In this document: positions 1-9,203 of the stretch, in pieces
Layout: each line of letters starts with the position of its first letter
Position numbering within the stretch: the stretch's first letter is position 1
NCBI GenBank assembly: GCA_037441845.1
Contig: JBBIRK010000009.1
Location: 1-54,689 of the forward strand
DNA: 54,689 nt
From: Candidatus Zixiibacteriota bacterium
Lineage (GTDB): Bacteria; Zixibacteria; MSB-5A5; UBA10806; 4484-95
Direction of reading: 5' to 3'
Made by a program: the position numbers and the translations under genes
Notes under the pieces: model-generated
Database searches by the model: none
What the model was told of the DNA's origin: nothing
The model's input: the letters and a program-made list of their open reading frames with translations, nothing else

Positions 1-2
1 AT

Positions 3-491
3 ACGAGATTGATAGAGGATTTCGGCGGTCTGGCCCACGTTATGCCCATATATACGGCCGGGTTCATGATAATCGCGCTTTCCTCGATCGGTTTGCCGGG
101 GACCAACGGTTTCGTCGGGGAATTTCTCATCCTTCTTGGCATGTTCAACACGAAACCGCTTTACTCGATTCTGGCGGCGACCGGCGTAATAATCGCCGCA
201 GTTTACATGCTGTGGATGGTTCAACGGGTGTTTTTCGGTGAATGCACCAACGAGAAAAATCGCGTTCTTAAAGATATGAACTTGCGCGAAAAATTCGTTC
301 TTGCGCCGCTGGTGGTGATGGTATTCTGGATCGGTTTTTATCCCAAACCATTCCTGAAAGCGATGGAACCATCAGTTACAAAACTCGTCGAATTCGTTCA
401 ATTGCGCAATCAGCAATACCAAGCGGGAGCCTTTCCCGGAGTTCTGAAATCGGAAGCCAAAGACATCGATAACGCAGGGGAGGGGCGATGA
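3..491 (+). CDS. nuoM: NADH-quinone oxidoreductase subunit M (5'-truncated by window edge)
   Basis: Hydrophobic ORF with LSSIGLPGTNGFVGEF and YMLWMVQRVFFG motifs; overlaps the nuoN start. Confidence 0.95.
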   Translation, partial: TRLIEDFGGLAHVMPIYTAGFMIIALSSIGLPGTNGFVGEFLILLGMFNTKPLYSILAATGVIIAAVYMLWMVQRVFFGECTNEKNRVLKDMNLREKFVLAPLVVMVFWIGFYPKPFLKAMEPSVTKLVEFVQLRNQQYQAGAFPGVLKSEAKDIDNAGEGR

Positions 492-1930
492 TGATGGAAA
501 TAAATTGGCCGGTGATCTATCCCGAATTGGCGATCTGTATCACTGCTTTTATTTCTCTGATTGTAGGTTTACTCATTCCCGCCCGCTTGCGCTGGTGGCT
601 CGGGATTCTGGCGATAATCGGAACGTTGGTGGCGATGCAACTGACTTACGCCGGATTCAGCCATAGCGGAGAGGCTTTCGGCGGCATGGTCGTAAATGAT
701 GTCATCGCCGGTTTTTTCAAGGTTATTTTCTGTTTGGGAACGCTGCTGGCGGTTTTCGTATCGCTTTCGTATCAGCGAAGGGAATTTTCGGGTCTGGGTG
801 AATATTATGTCATGATTCTTTTCGCTACTTTCGGCATGATGATAATGGCATCGACCGTTGATCTGGTCACACTGTTTATCGGCTTGGAAATGATGAGCAT
901 ACCGTTATACGTGCTGGCCGGCATAAAACGCGATCGTTATCGCAGCCAAGAAGCTGCGCTCAAATATTTCCTGCTCGGTGCTTTCGCCTCGGGATTTCTC
1001 CTTTACGGAATCGCTCTTATTTACGGTTCGTTCGGGAGCACCAATTTATATCGGATAGTGGAAATCATCAATAGCGGCAAAGCCTACTCGCCGTTTTTCG
1101 TTGCCGCGGGAAGCGGGCTGGTTCTGATAGGTTTCGCTTTCAAAGCCGGCCTGTTTCCTTTTCATGCCTGGATACCCGACGTCTACGAGGGAGCACCGGC
1201 GCCGGTCACTGCGTTCATGTCTTCGGGGCCGAAAGCCGCCGCTTTGGCCGCCATAATCCGCGTCTTCCTTATTGCAAATCCTAATATCGATTTCACCTCG
1301 GTTTTCTGGATGCTGGCGGTGCTGACTATGACGGCGGGCAATATTCTGGCGATCACTCAATCGAACGTCAAGCGAATGCTTGCTTATTCCTCGATTGCCC
1401 ACGCGGGCTACATGATGGTGGCGATCACCGCCGGCGGGGTGGAGGGAGTTTCGGCGGCGGCTTTTTACCTTTTCGCTTACACCCTGATGAATATCGGCGC
1501 TTTCGCTATCGTGATATTTTTCGCCGAGCGGGAAGAGCTCTATGAAAACATATCGGACTACGCCGGATTCGCCCGCCAATTTCCGTTTGCGGCGATCGCC
1601 ATGACCATCTTCATGGCTTCCCTCGGAGGGATTCCCGGAACGGCCGGTTTCGTCGGAAAATTCGCAATCTTTTCCGGAGCGGTCAAGAACGGCTTTATCT
1701 GGCTTGCGGTGATCGGCGTTCTCAACAGCCTTGTTTCCATATTCTACTATCTACGTATCGTGGTGGTGATGTATATGCGGGCGCCTGACCCGCGTATGGT
1801 CGATATCGAAATGACACCCTCTCTGCTTGTGGCTTTGATAATCGCGCTATTGGGAGTACTTCAGATCGGACTTTTCCCCGACAGGTGGCTTTATCTTGCC
1901 AACATGGCCGCGGTTTCAGCCTTGTTCTGA
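488..1930 (+). CDS. nuoN: NADH-quinone oxidoreductase subunit N
   Basis: EAALKYFLLG, FK..LFPFHAWIPDVYEGAP and KRMLAYSSIAHAGY motifs; multiple TM helices. Confidence 0.96.
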   Translation: MMMEINWPVIYPELAICITAFISLIVGLLIPARLRWWLGILAIIGTLVAMQLTYAGFSHSGEAFGGMVVNDVIAGFFKVIFCLGTLLAVFVSLSYQRREFSGLGEYYVMILFATFGMMIMASTVDLVTLFIGLEMMSIPLYVLAGIKRDRYRSQEAALKYFLLGAFASGFLLYGIALIYGSFGSTNLYRIVEIINSGKAYSPFFVAAGSGLVLIGFAFKAGLFPFHAWIPDVYEGAPAPVTAFMSSGPKAAALAAIIRVFLIANPNIDFTSVFWMLAVLTMTAGNILAITQSNVKRMLAYSSIAHAGYMMVAITAGGVEGVSAAAFYLFAYTLMNIGAFAIVIFFAEREELYENISDYAGFARQFPFAAIAMTIFMASLGGIPGTAGFVGKFAIFSGAVKNGFIWLAVIGVLNSLVSIFYYLRIVVVMYMRAPDPRMVDIEMTPSLLVALIIALLGVLQIGLFPDRWLYLANMAAVSALF

Positions 1931-2023
1931 TTCGGCCGCAAAGAAAAATCACCGGGGTGGAACCGAATGGCCAATTCTTTTCGCAATGCGCCGAAAATCG
2001 ATCGAGCGATAGGTTGATAATGC

Positions 2024-2052
2024 TTGACTTATAGCGCTGTTCCCTATATTTT
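2024..2052 (+). promoter_or_regulatory. Putative sigma70 promoter of tRNA-Ala
   Basis: TTGACT-N17-TATTTT ending 22 nt upstream of the tRNA. Confidence 0.5.
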
Positions 2053-2074
2053 GCTTGCGGAAAGTATCCGTTTT

Positions 2075-2147
2075 GGGGCTGTAGTTCAGTTGGGAGAACG
2101 TTTGACTGGCAGTCAAAAGGTCAGGGGTTCGACTCCCCTCAGCTCCA
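2075..2147 (+). tRNA. tRNA-Ala(GGC)
   Basis: Acceptor GGGGCTG/CAGCTCC with G3:U70, anticodon arm TTTGA-CTGGCAG-TCAAA, T-loop GTTCGAC; 73 nt; CCA not encoded; followed by a T-run. Confidence 0.97.
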
Positions 2148-2192
2148 TTTTTTTTATCTCTCGAATTATCGCATGACCGGATACTGGCGCGG

Positions 2193-3320
2193 TTAGTTCA
2201 AAGAAATCGGCGCCGGTATGAAGCAAAGTATAAAAATCACGATACAAAGATAACCCAGCATTTTGCGTTTCTTGTCAAGTGGCAGCTCGTCCATCACCGT
2301 GGGGGGATGCGCCGGTCGCATCACGATTCCAAGAATCGCCCAAACGATCCACCCCGTCCATAAGAACGAAAGCATTAAGAGTCCGGCGATAGCTCCGAGC
2401 GCGATTTTATGCTGAGCTTTTCCGAACATCGCATATAAGATATGACCGCCGTCGAGCTGGCCTATCGGCAAAAGATTGAGCATGGTAACCAAAAGGCCGA
2501 CCCAGCCTGCGAAAGCCACCGGATGTAATAAGGCCATATATCCGGGCGGCGCCTGAACCGCCACCAACTTATCGATAAGCGAAAAGAGCAGGGAATCCCC
2601 CAACATCACCAAACCCGACATGTCCTGGACTTCGGGTATGAATCGGGGATGAGCCAGTCCCCAGATTATGGCAGGTATTGCGACCAAAAGACCCCCGATC
2701 GGGCCGGCGGCGCCGACATCGAACAATTGTTTTCTGGTGATAAACGGCGATTTGGACCGGATCACCGCACCCATAGTGCCGATCATCGTAGGCGCAGGTA
2801 TGAAATAAGGCAGACTGACATCAACCCCATGTTTCCGCGAAACGATGTAATGGCCGAATTCATGAAAAAGCAGAATTCCAAGCAACGAAAAGGAAAACGG
2901 CATTCCCGCTTTGATTATCCGCCAGGGATCCTCGATGAACATACGCGGATCGGAAAACGCGTTCGTCTGCTCGAAACCGCTTCCCACTACGATAGTGGAG
3001 ACGAGCGTCAGCAGAAACAAGACGATATTCAGCCACGGTATTCTGAAAAGAACAGGCCTGGTCGGATTTCTGAATCTGAGGACTGCCTTGGGCCTCAGGC
3101 TCAGGATTTCGACTTTGTAGGGCAGCCGATCGAGCGTATTCCTCAGTCCCATTTCCCCGAAATCCACCCCTTCAATAAGCTGTCCCTTTATGATCGTAGC
3201 TGAAGCCGATGTGTAGATCACATCGATATCGATAATATCCCGCAGCTGCTCGGCTAAGAAGTTTCCGAATTCGAAATTCATTTCCGATTTACTTGTCGTC
3301 GGCTCCTCCCATGTTGGCAC
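2193..3320 (-). CDS. Site-2 protease family (M50) intramembrane metalloprotease
   Basis: HEFGH zinc motif, GAAGP, NLLPIGQLDGGH; multiple TM segments; start uncertain. Confidence 0.92.
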   Translation of the reverse strand: MPTWEEPTTSKSEMNFEFGNFLAEQLRDIIDIDVIYTSASATIIKGQLIEGVDFGEMGLRNTLDRLPYKVEILSLRPKAVLRFRNPTRPVLFRIPWLNIVLFLLTLVSTIVVGSGFEQTNAFSDPRMFIEDPWRIIKAGMPFSFSLLGILLFHEFGHYIVSRKHGVDVSLPYFIPAPTMIGTMGAVIRSKSPFITRKQLFDVGAAGPIGGLLVAIPAIIWGLAHPRFIPEVQDMSGLVMLGDSLLFSLIDKLVAVQAPPGYMALLHPVAFAGWVGLLVTMLNLLPIGQLDGGHILYAMFGKAQHKIALGAIAGLLMLSFLWTGWIVWAILGIVMRPAHPPTVMDELPLDKKRKMLGYLCIVIFILCFIPAPISLN

Positions 3321-3595
3321 TTTATCTTTCGATATTTTTCGGTAATAAAAAGATGTTTTTCTCGATAGCTTTGTTCCTTGATACCTGAAATAAAATTGCT
3401 TGTTCCACTTAGGATTTTCACGACCATAATATTAAATACGCACGCAGCGGAAGCAACAAACAAAATTGTCAAATATCTGTTGCCGTGACCCGCCGTTATT
3501 TAATAGATTCCTCAAGCGGAATTGATGCGGCATATGAAGGTGGTGCGCGTCCCCCTGAGCGGGGATAAGGCATTTGCCTAAAATGCCCAAACCTT

Positions 3596-4948
3596 GTGCC
3601 GAAAAGCATAATGATGAACGATCCGTTATCGGGCGAAAGACCTATTTCCGGCGAGCCCCTGGGCTCGGAAAAATTCATCGAACAAATCAGCGAGTTGAGC
3701 GACCTGAATCGGCGGCTCAGGCGCAAGATATTCGACTTATACACCGTTTTCGAAATTTCCAGACATCTATCCTCGATGCTCGATACCGAGACGTTGATCG
3801 ATGCCATTCTGCTGACCTGTCTCGGCCAGATGGGTGTCGATTCGGCGGTTATTCTCATTACGGATGCGGCAAGCGGTCATTTGGTTCATCCGCATGCCAA
3901 GGGTATAGATGTGTCCGCACTGAAAGAGATAAAACTCAAATTAAGCGACCATATAATCGATATTTTCGTGAAAAACGGCAAGCCATTGACCGCATTCGAA
4001 TTGAGGCAATTACTTAAAGATAAAGAAAGTGATTTAGGCAATCTCGAATTTTTCAATTTCGAACTTGCCGCCCCGCTGATAATGAAAAATCGTTTGCTCG
4101 GCTTGCTCTTTTTGCCCTCTAAAATATCGGGCGCGCAATTTTATGACAGCGATATCGAATTTCTTTCGTTGTTGATGAACCAACTCTCGGTGGCCATCGA
4201 GAATTCGAACTTATACGCACGGGAAAAAAGCGCTCGAGAAGAGCTGTTGCGAACCCAGAAACTATTGGTATCCAGCGAACGAATGGCAGCCCTCGGAAAA
4301 TTATCGGCGTCTATTGCCCACGAGGTAAACAATCCTTTGGCTATAATCTCCAACTACCTGCATATTCTTTCGATTCAAAAGCTGCCGGAGGACGTATTCA
4401 ATAACTACATAAAAATCCTCAGGGAGGAAGTCAAACGGATAGCTGGGATCGTCAAGCAATTACTCGATTTTTATCGTCCCCAGCAGGAAGAAGTCGATGA
4501 TGTGGATATCAAGAAGGTGGTGGCTGAAACTTTAACCCTGCTTTCCCACCAATTATCGAACGCCAATATAAACGTGAGGGTGAAAGCCGATAAGAACATC
4601 CCGCTGATTCTCGGTTCCGCCGAGAAACTCAAACAAGTATTTCTTAATCTGCTGATGAACTCCAAAGATTTCTTGCCCGCAGGCGGAATTATCGAAATTA
4701 AAATAATGAATTCGGGTGAAAACGTCGAAATTAAACTCAGCGATGATGGCCCGGGAATTCCGGAGGATCTGTTGAATAAAATATTCGAGCCTTTCTTCAC
4801 CACCAAAGGAGAACAGGGAACCGGTCTCGGTTTGGCCGTATGTTATGGCATTATTCAGTGGCATAAAGGAACAATCACTGCCAGCAACAATCACCGCGGC
4901 GGAGCGACATTTACGATAACTTTGCCTGCAAAAAAAGATGATCGTTAA
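3596..4948 (+). CDS. GAF-domain sensor histidine kinase
   Basis: GAF region, H-box IAHEVNNPL, N-box QVFLNLLMNS, DDGPG, FEPFFTTK, GTGLGL; start may be 3611. Confidence 0.92.
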   Translation: MPKSIMMNDPLSGERPISGEPLGSEKFIEQISELSDLNRRLRRKIFDLYTVFEISRHLSSMLDTETLIDAILLTCLGQMGVDSAVILITDAASGHLVHPHAKGIDVSALKEIKLKLSDHIIDIFVKNGKPLTAFELRQLLKDKESDLGNLEFFNFELAAPLIMKNRLLGLLFLPSKISGAQFYDSDIEFLSLLMNQLSVAIENSNLYAREKSAREELLRTQKLLVSSERMAALGKLSASIAHEVNNPLAIISNYLHILSIQKLPEDVFNNYIKILREEVKRIAGIVKQLLDFYRPQQEEVDDVDIKKVVAETLTLLSHQLSNANINVRVKADKNIPLILGSAEKLKQVFLNLLMNSKDFLPAGGIIEIKIMNSGENVEIKLSDDGPGIPEDLLNKIFEPFFTTKGEQGTGLGLAVCYGIIQWHKGTITASNNHRGGATFTITLPAKKDDR

Positions 4949-7022
4949 GGGCGCCAAAATCCTGCTTGTCGATGACGAAAAGGGGATGTGCGACAGTCTG
5001 CGCACCCTTTTGGAGTTCGATGGTTTCAGCGTTACCGCTACGACCGAGTCCAAGGAAGCGGCCAAGTTCATCAAGGACGGCGACTTCGATCTCGTAATCG
5101 CCGATATCAAAATGCCCCGGCTTTCAGGAATCGATCTGTTGAAAATCGCCCACGAAAGAGATCCTCACCTTGAAGTCATTTTGATGACCGGATATGCCTC
5201 GCTCGATACCGCAAAGGCGGCGGTGGATTACGGTGCTTTCGGTTATCTGACCAAGCCGGTGGAGTATGAAGAGCTGAAATTGGCAGTAACCAGATCGTTG
5301 GAGAAAAGAGTCGCCACTCTCGAAAAAAGCCGGCTTTTCGATGAGCTTGCTCACGCCAACAACCAATTGAAAAAACGGTTTTCTCAAATCGATGCGCTCT
5401 ATCATGCAAGCATCATTCTCGCCTCTACAATAGAGTTTAAAGAGGCTTTGTCCCATATACTTTCGCTTGCCATCGATGTCATCGGTGCGAAAATCGGTTC
5501 GGTAATGATACTCGATCCCGAGAAAAACGAGCTTTATATAGGGGCGGCCTGCGGACTTTCGGAGGAGATCGTGGCCACCGCCAGAATGCCGCTTGGAAGT
5601 TCCATATCCGGATTCGTAGCCGAATCGCGAAAACCCCTCATAGTCGAGGATATCGAACGCGACCCCCGATTTTCGCGCATCAACCGCCAGCATTACGAGT
5701 CGAAATCCCTGATCTCGGTGCCGCTTCAGTTCAAGGGAAGCGTGCTTGGCGTGATCAATCTCAACAACAAGCTCGACGGCACCCCCTTTAATGAGGACGA
5801 CCTTAAAATCCTCGCCTCTTTCGCCACACAGGCGGCGATCGCAATCGACCGGGCCAATATTTTCGGCGAACGAACCGAAATAATCAACGAGCTATCGATC
5901 CTTTATGAAATCACCCATAAAATTTCGACTACCGACCGGATCGAGAAAGTGGGCGAAATTATCTATGAGGAGATGAGCAAAAAGCTTCACATAGAGGCCG
6001 TATTTTGGTACGGCTTTTTGGAAAAAGCTAATTCTCTCCAACTGGAGCTGGCCCACCGTTCGGAAAATTGCCCTCGCGGGTTGATTCCACCTGCCGAACT
6101 AAAAATAGGCAAAGAAGTTATAGGATTCGGCCAGGATGTCGATACAGATAATGTCAAGGAAGAATTGGTGAAGGCTTTTGCAAACTGCAGCGAAAAACAA
6201 GGTTTCACTATAGAGATAATTCCAGTACTCCTTCGGGGCACACTATCTGGATTCATGGTGATTCTAAGCGGAGAAAAGCTCGACAAGGACGGCAAAAACC
6301 TTGCGGCCGTGGTCGCCACGCAGGCGGCCTCGGTTTATGAAAGACAAAAGGCGATTCTGAACGCCGAAAAATTGGTCACAATGGGAAAATTGATTTCGGA
6401 AATCTGCCACGATCTGAAAAAGCCTCTTACCCACTTAAAAGGTAATTTCCAACTTTATCGCGATAAATTCACCGGGGCCGAAGCCGATGAGTTTTTCACT
6501 AATTCCGAAATGGAATTAAACCGCCTAACGGAGATGGTTCGCGAGGTTGTCGATTCTGCCAATCCGCTCCGCTACTACACTAAAAAGGAATCGCTGCGGG
6601 CGATCGTCGAAAAAGCATCGTCGTTGCTCTCTCGCGACATGGAGAAAAAAGGAATTACGTTCCACCTGTATGCCGAGGATGTTCCCGATATCGAATTGAA
6701 TAAAAATGAAATGCTCGAGGCGATATTGAATCTTCTGCTTAATTCTGTGGAGAGCATGGAAAACGGGGGGAAGTTGACCGTAAAGATAAACATGCATCCG
6801 GTAGGGGATCCCTATATAAGACTGACTATCGCCGACACCGGCTGCGGCATACCCGAATCGCAGCTGCCGAAGATTTTCGAGAGATATTATACGACCAAAG
6901 ACAGCGGCAGCGGGCTCGGCTTGGCAATTGTCGAAAGAGTCATCATAGCCCATAACGGCAGATTATCGGTTGAAAGCAAAGAAGGCAAGGGGACGACGTT
7001 TTATATAGATCTGCCCGCATGA
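4938..7022 (+). CDS. Hybrid signalling protein: receiver - GAF - GAF-like - histidine kinase
   Basis: N-terminal REC (ILLVDDE, DIKMP, YLTKP), GAF, H-box ICHDLKKPL, DTGCG, GSGLGL. Confidence 0.92.
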   Translation: MIVKGAKILLVDDEKGMCDSLRTLLEFDGFSVTATTESKEAAKFIKDGDFDLVIADIKMPRLSGIDLLKIAHERDPHLEVILMTGYASLDTAKAAVDYGAFGYLTKPVEYEELKLAVTRSLEKRVATLEKSRLFDELAHANNQLKKRFSQIDALYHASIILASTIEFKEALSHILSLAIDVIGAKIGSVMILDPEKNELYIGAACGLSEEIVATARMPLGSSISGFVAESRKPLIVEDIERDPRFSRINRQHYESKSLISVPLQFKGSVLGVINLNNKLDGTPFNEDDLKILASFATQAAIAIDRANIFGERTEIINELSILYEITHKISTTDRIEKVGEIIYEEMSKKLHIEAVFWYGFLEKANSLQLELAHRSENCPRGLIPPAELKIGKEVIGFGQDVDTDNVKEELVKAFANCSEKQGFTIEIIPVLLRGTLSGFMVILSGEKLDKDGKNLAAVVATQAASVYERQKAILNAEKLVTMGKLISEICHDLKKPLTHLKGNFQLYRDKFTGAEADEFFTNSEMELNRLTEMVREVVDSANPLRYYTKKESLRAIVEKASSLLSRDMEKKGITFHLYAEDVPDIELNKNEMLEAILNLLLNSVESMENGGKLTVKINMHPVGDPYIRLTIADTGCGIPESQLPKIFERYYTTKDSGSGLGLAIVERVIIAHNGRLSVESKEGKGTTFYIDLPA

Positions 7023-7026
7023 ATAT

Positions 7027-8418
7027 ATGAATACAGAAAAAATCAAAATTCTTGTAGTGGACGATGACCCGAGAATTCCCGCCCAGATTTCGGCTGGATT
7101 GGGCGAGAATTATGAAATAGATTCTGTCGGCGACGGCCAGGAAGCGCTGTCGCTGCTTTCCCGAAAAACATCCGACTCCCAACCCGATCTTGTTCTGCTC
7201 GACATAAAAATGCCGGGTCTGTCCGGCCTGGAAATCCTCGAGCGATTGAAGAAGATCGATTCCTCGATGGACATCATGATGCTTTCGGGTCATGGCGAAA
7301 CGAAAAATATCGTAGAGTCGATTAAACGCGGTGCCACCGAATTCATAAACAAACCATTCGACGTCAAAGAGCTGGAAATCCATATCCGGACGGTCCTCGA
7401 AAAGCGGAAGCTTAAGGCGGAAATAAACGATCTGAAGAAGCGACTGAAAGAAAGTCAACACGAGGTGCTTATCGGCGACAGCGAGGCTATGCACAAAGTG
7501 AAAACGCTTGTCGAACAGGTGGCCGCCAGTGAACTTACCGCGCTTATCCGGGGGGAATCCGGCACGGGCAAAGAGATAATCGCTCGTATGATTCACAGCC
7601 AGTCACCACGAAAAAACGAGCCGTTCGTCAAAGTCAATTGCGCGGCGATACCGAGGGAATTGCTCGAGGCGGAGCTTTTCGGTTACGAAAAAGGCGCGTT
7701 CACGGGCGCAAATAAAACCAAGCCCGGTCGTTTCGAGGTGGCCAACAAAGGCACGATGTTCCTCGATGAAATAGGCGATATGCCGATCGAACTGCAAACG
7801 AAGCTGCTTCAGGTGCTCGAACATCAGGAATTCGTGCGGGTGGGCGGCATCAACAATATCCATGTCGATGTCCGGATAGTCTGCGCCACCAACAGAAATC
7901 TCGAAGAGGCGATGCAGAAAGGGCTGATGCGTGATGATCTTTACTATCGCCTTAACGAAATCACTATCCAGCTTGCCCCGTTGCGGGAACGACGCGAGGA
8001 TATTCCCCTTCTGGTTAATCATTTCTTGCAGAAATACTGCCTGCTCTATAATAAAGACTTTAAGGGGATAAAACCCGAAACCATGAAGTTCCTATGCAAT
8101 TACCATTGGCCTGGCAACGTTCGACAGCTCGAGAATCTGATTAAGCAAATCGTTGTCCGCGGCGATGAGCAAATCGTCTTCGAAAGCCTTCAGGATGCAG
8201 GAACAAGAAAAGATACCGACGGAGTCGGCTTCCAAATTAGCGATGACAACTTCGATATGAAAACGCAGGTGGAAAAAGTCGTTGCAGAGGTCGAAAAAAG
8301 ATTGATAACCAAGGTTCTCACGAGAACAAACTGGAACAGACGCAAGGCGGCCAAGTTGCTGAATATCAGCTATAGGTCGTTGTTGTATAAAATAAAAGAT
8401 TACAAAATCATGGATTAG
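7027..8418 (+). CDS. Sigma54-dependent response regulator (NtrC family)
   Basis: REC domain, [35 protein letters not shown], Fis-type HTH. Confidence 0.96.
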   Translation: MNTEKIKILVVDDDPRIPAQISAGLGENYEIDSVGDGQEALSLLSRKTSDSQPDLVLLDIKMPGLSGLEILERLKKIDSSMDIMMLSGHGETKNIVESIKRGATEFINKPFDVKELEIHIRTVLEKRKLKAEINDLKKRLKESQHEVLIGDSEAMHKVKTLVEQVAASELTALIRGESGTGKEIIARMIHSQSPRKNEPFVKVNCAAIPRELLEAELFGYEKGAFTGANKTKPGRFEVANKGTMFLDEIGDMPIELQTKLLQVLEHQEFVRVGGINNIHVDVRIVCATNRNLEEAMQKGLMRDDLYYRLNEITIQLAPLRERREDIPLLVNHFLQKYCLLYNKDFKGIKPETMKFLCNYHWPGNVRQLENLIKQIVVRGDEQIVFESLQDAGTRKDTDGVGFQISDDNFDMKTQVEKVVAEVEKRLITKVLTRTNWNRRKAAKLLNISYRSLLYKIKDYKIMD

Positions 8419-8570
8419 TATTTTCAATATATATGAAGACTTTTGCAATTTGCAATGTCGAACATGAACGGGTTTTATATTCGGCCGATCAAGCCGCCAC
8501 GTAAGTCATTAAAAAGTATATGATTACGGGGCAACACCGGATTTCGCGGAGATCCCGAATATGAGTCAAC

Positions 8571-8587
8571 CTGGCATCTATTTTGCA
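8571..8587 (+). promoter_or_regulatory. Sigma54 (-24/-12) promoter
   Basis: CTGGCATCTATTTTGCA: GG(8573-74)-N10-GC(8585-86), immediately downstream of an NtrC-family gene. Confidence 0.75.
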
Positions 8588-8659
8588 ACAACCGAGCTGG
8601 ATGATATAATCGTAAGCTCAAATGCCTGCCGCCGAGAAACCGACACAGACGGCCTGTTT

Positions 8660-9097
8660 ATGAAAAACGATCTCGAAATACTTGACCGAATCTACGAAAA
8701 CAACGAAAATTTCATGGCGCGGGCGTCTCAGGAGCTTAAGAGAGCGCAGCGCTATCTTACATTCGTTTCCTACCTCATGATCGAAAGCGGCGACGGCATA
8801 GTGGATTTCGATCTCGAATTTCGAGCCAAGCTAAGAAAACATATCAGATCATCTATCAGGCAGACCGATATTATTTCCGGATTCAACAAAGGCAAACTGT
8901 GTATTCTTCTGGTCGAAACCGGCCATGAGGGGGCCGAGATCGTGGGGCGACGACTCGAAGAATCGATCGGAATGTTTCTCGAAAAATCCGAGGTCGGCGG
9001 GCCGAAAAGGAAAATTACTATCAGCAAGGGATGCTTCCCCGATAATCAGGCCAGTCCGAACACTATTCTTAAGAAAATGAAAAGCGCGATAAATTAA
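8660..9097 (+). CDS. Stand-alone degenerate GGDEF-domain protein
   Basis: QELKRAQRY...IRQTDIISGFNKGKLCILLVET...ITISKG pattern; GGDEF replaced by NKGKL; ATG 8660 chosen because the sigma54 promoter lies inside the longer ORF. Confidence 0.75.
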   Translation: MKNDLEILDRIYENNENFMARASQELKRAQRYLTFVSYLMIESGDGIVDFDLEFRAKLRKHIRSSIRQTDIISGFNKGKLCILLVETGHEGAEIVGRRLEESIGMFLEKSEVGGPKRKITISKGCFPDNQASPNTILKKMKSAIN

Positions 9098-9203
9098 TTC
9101 CGTTGCCGAATTCCCCGAAATACTTTATATAAAGATAGCCGCCTGGCCGAATTGCCTATCGGCTACCGGAAATCATGCTCGATGATCGATATCGAAAGCG
9201 AAG

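Noticed and set aside
2075..2192. tRNA-Ala as an island integration site
   Set aside because: No integrase nearby, no duplicated tRNA 3' end noticed, and flanking genes look like core genes
3529..3590. Two small hairpins upstream of the GAF kinase (TCCCC/GGGGA and GGCATTT/AAATGCC)
   Set aside because: Short stems without a recognisable riboswitch or terminator pattern; could be chance
8561..8659. N-terminal extensions in the ORF track (also at 11159, 12145, 15536, 38379, 39467, 46075, 51179, 52622, 53411)
   Set aside because: They overlap promoters or neighbouring genes; downstream starts fit RBS, signal peptide or promoter positions better
9098..9203. SAM riboswitch upstream of the methionine synthase-like gene
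   Set aside because: No SAM-I core (ATC.AGAG, GAGGGA, GCAACC) recognisable; only a small hairpin
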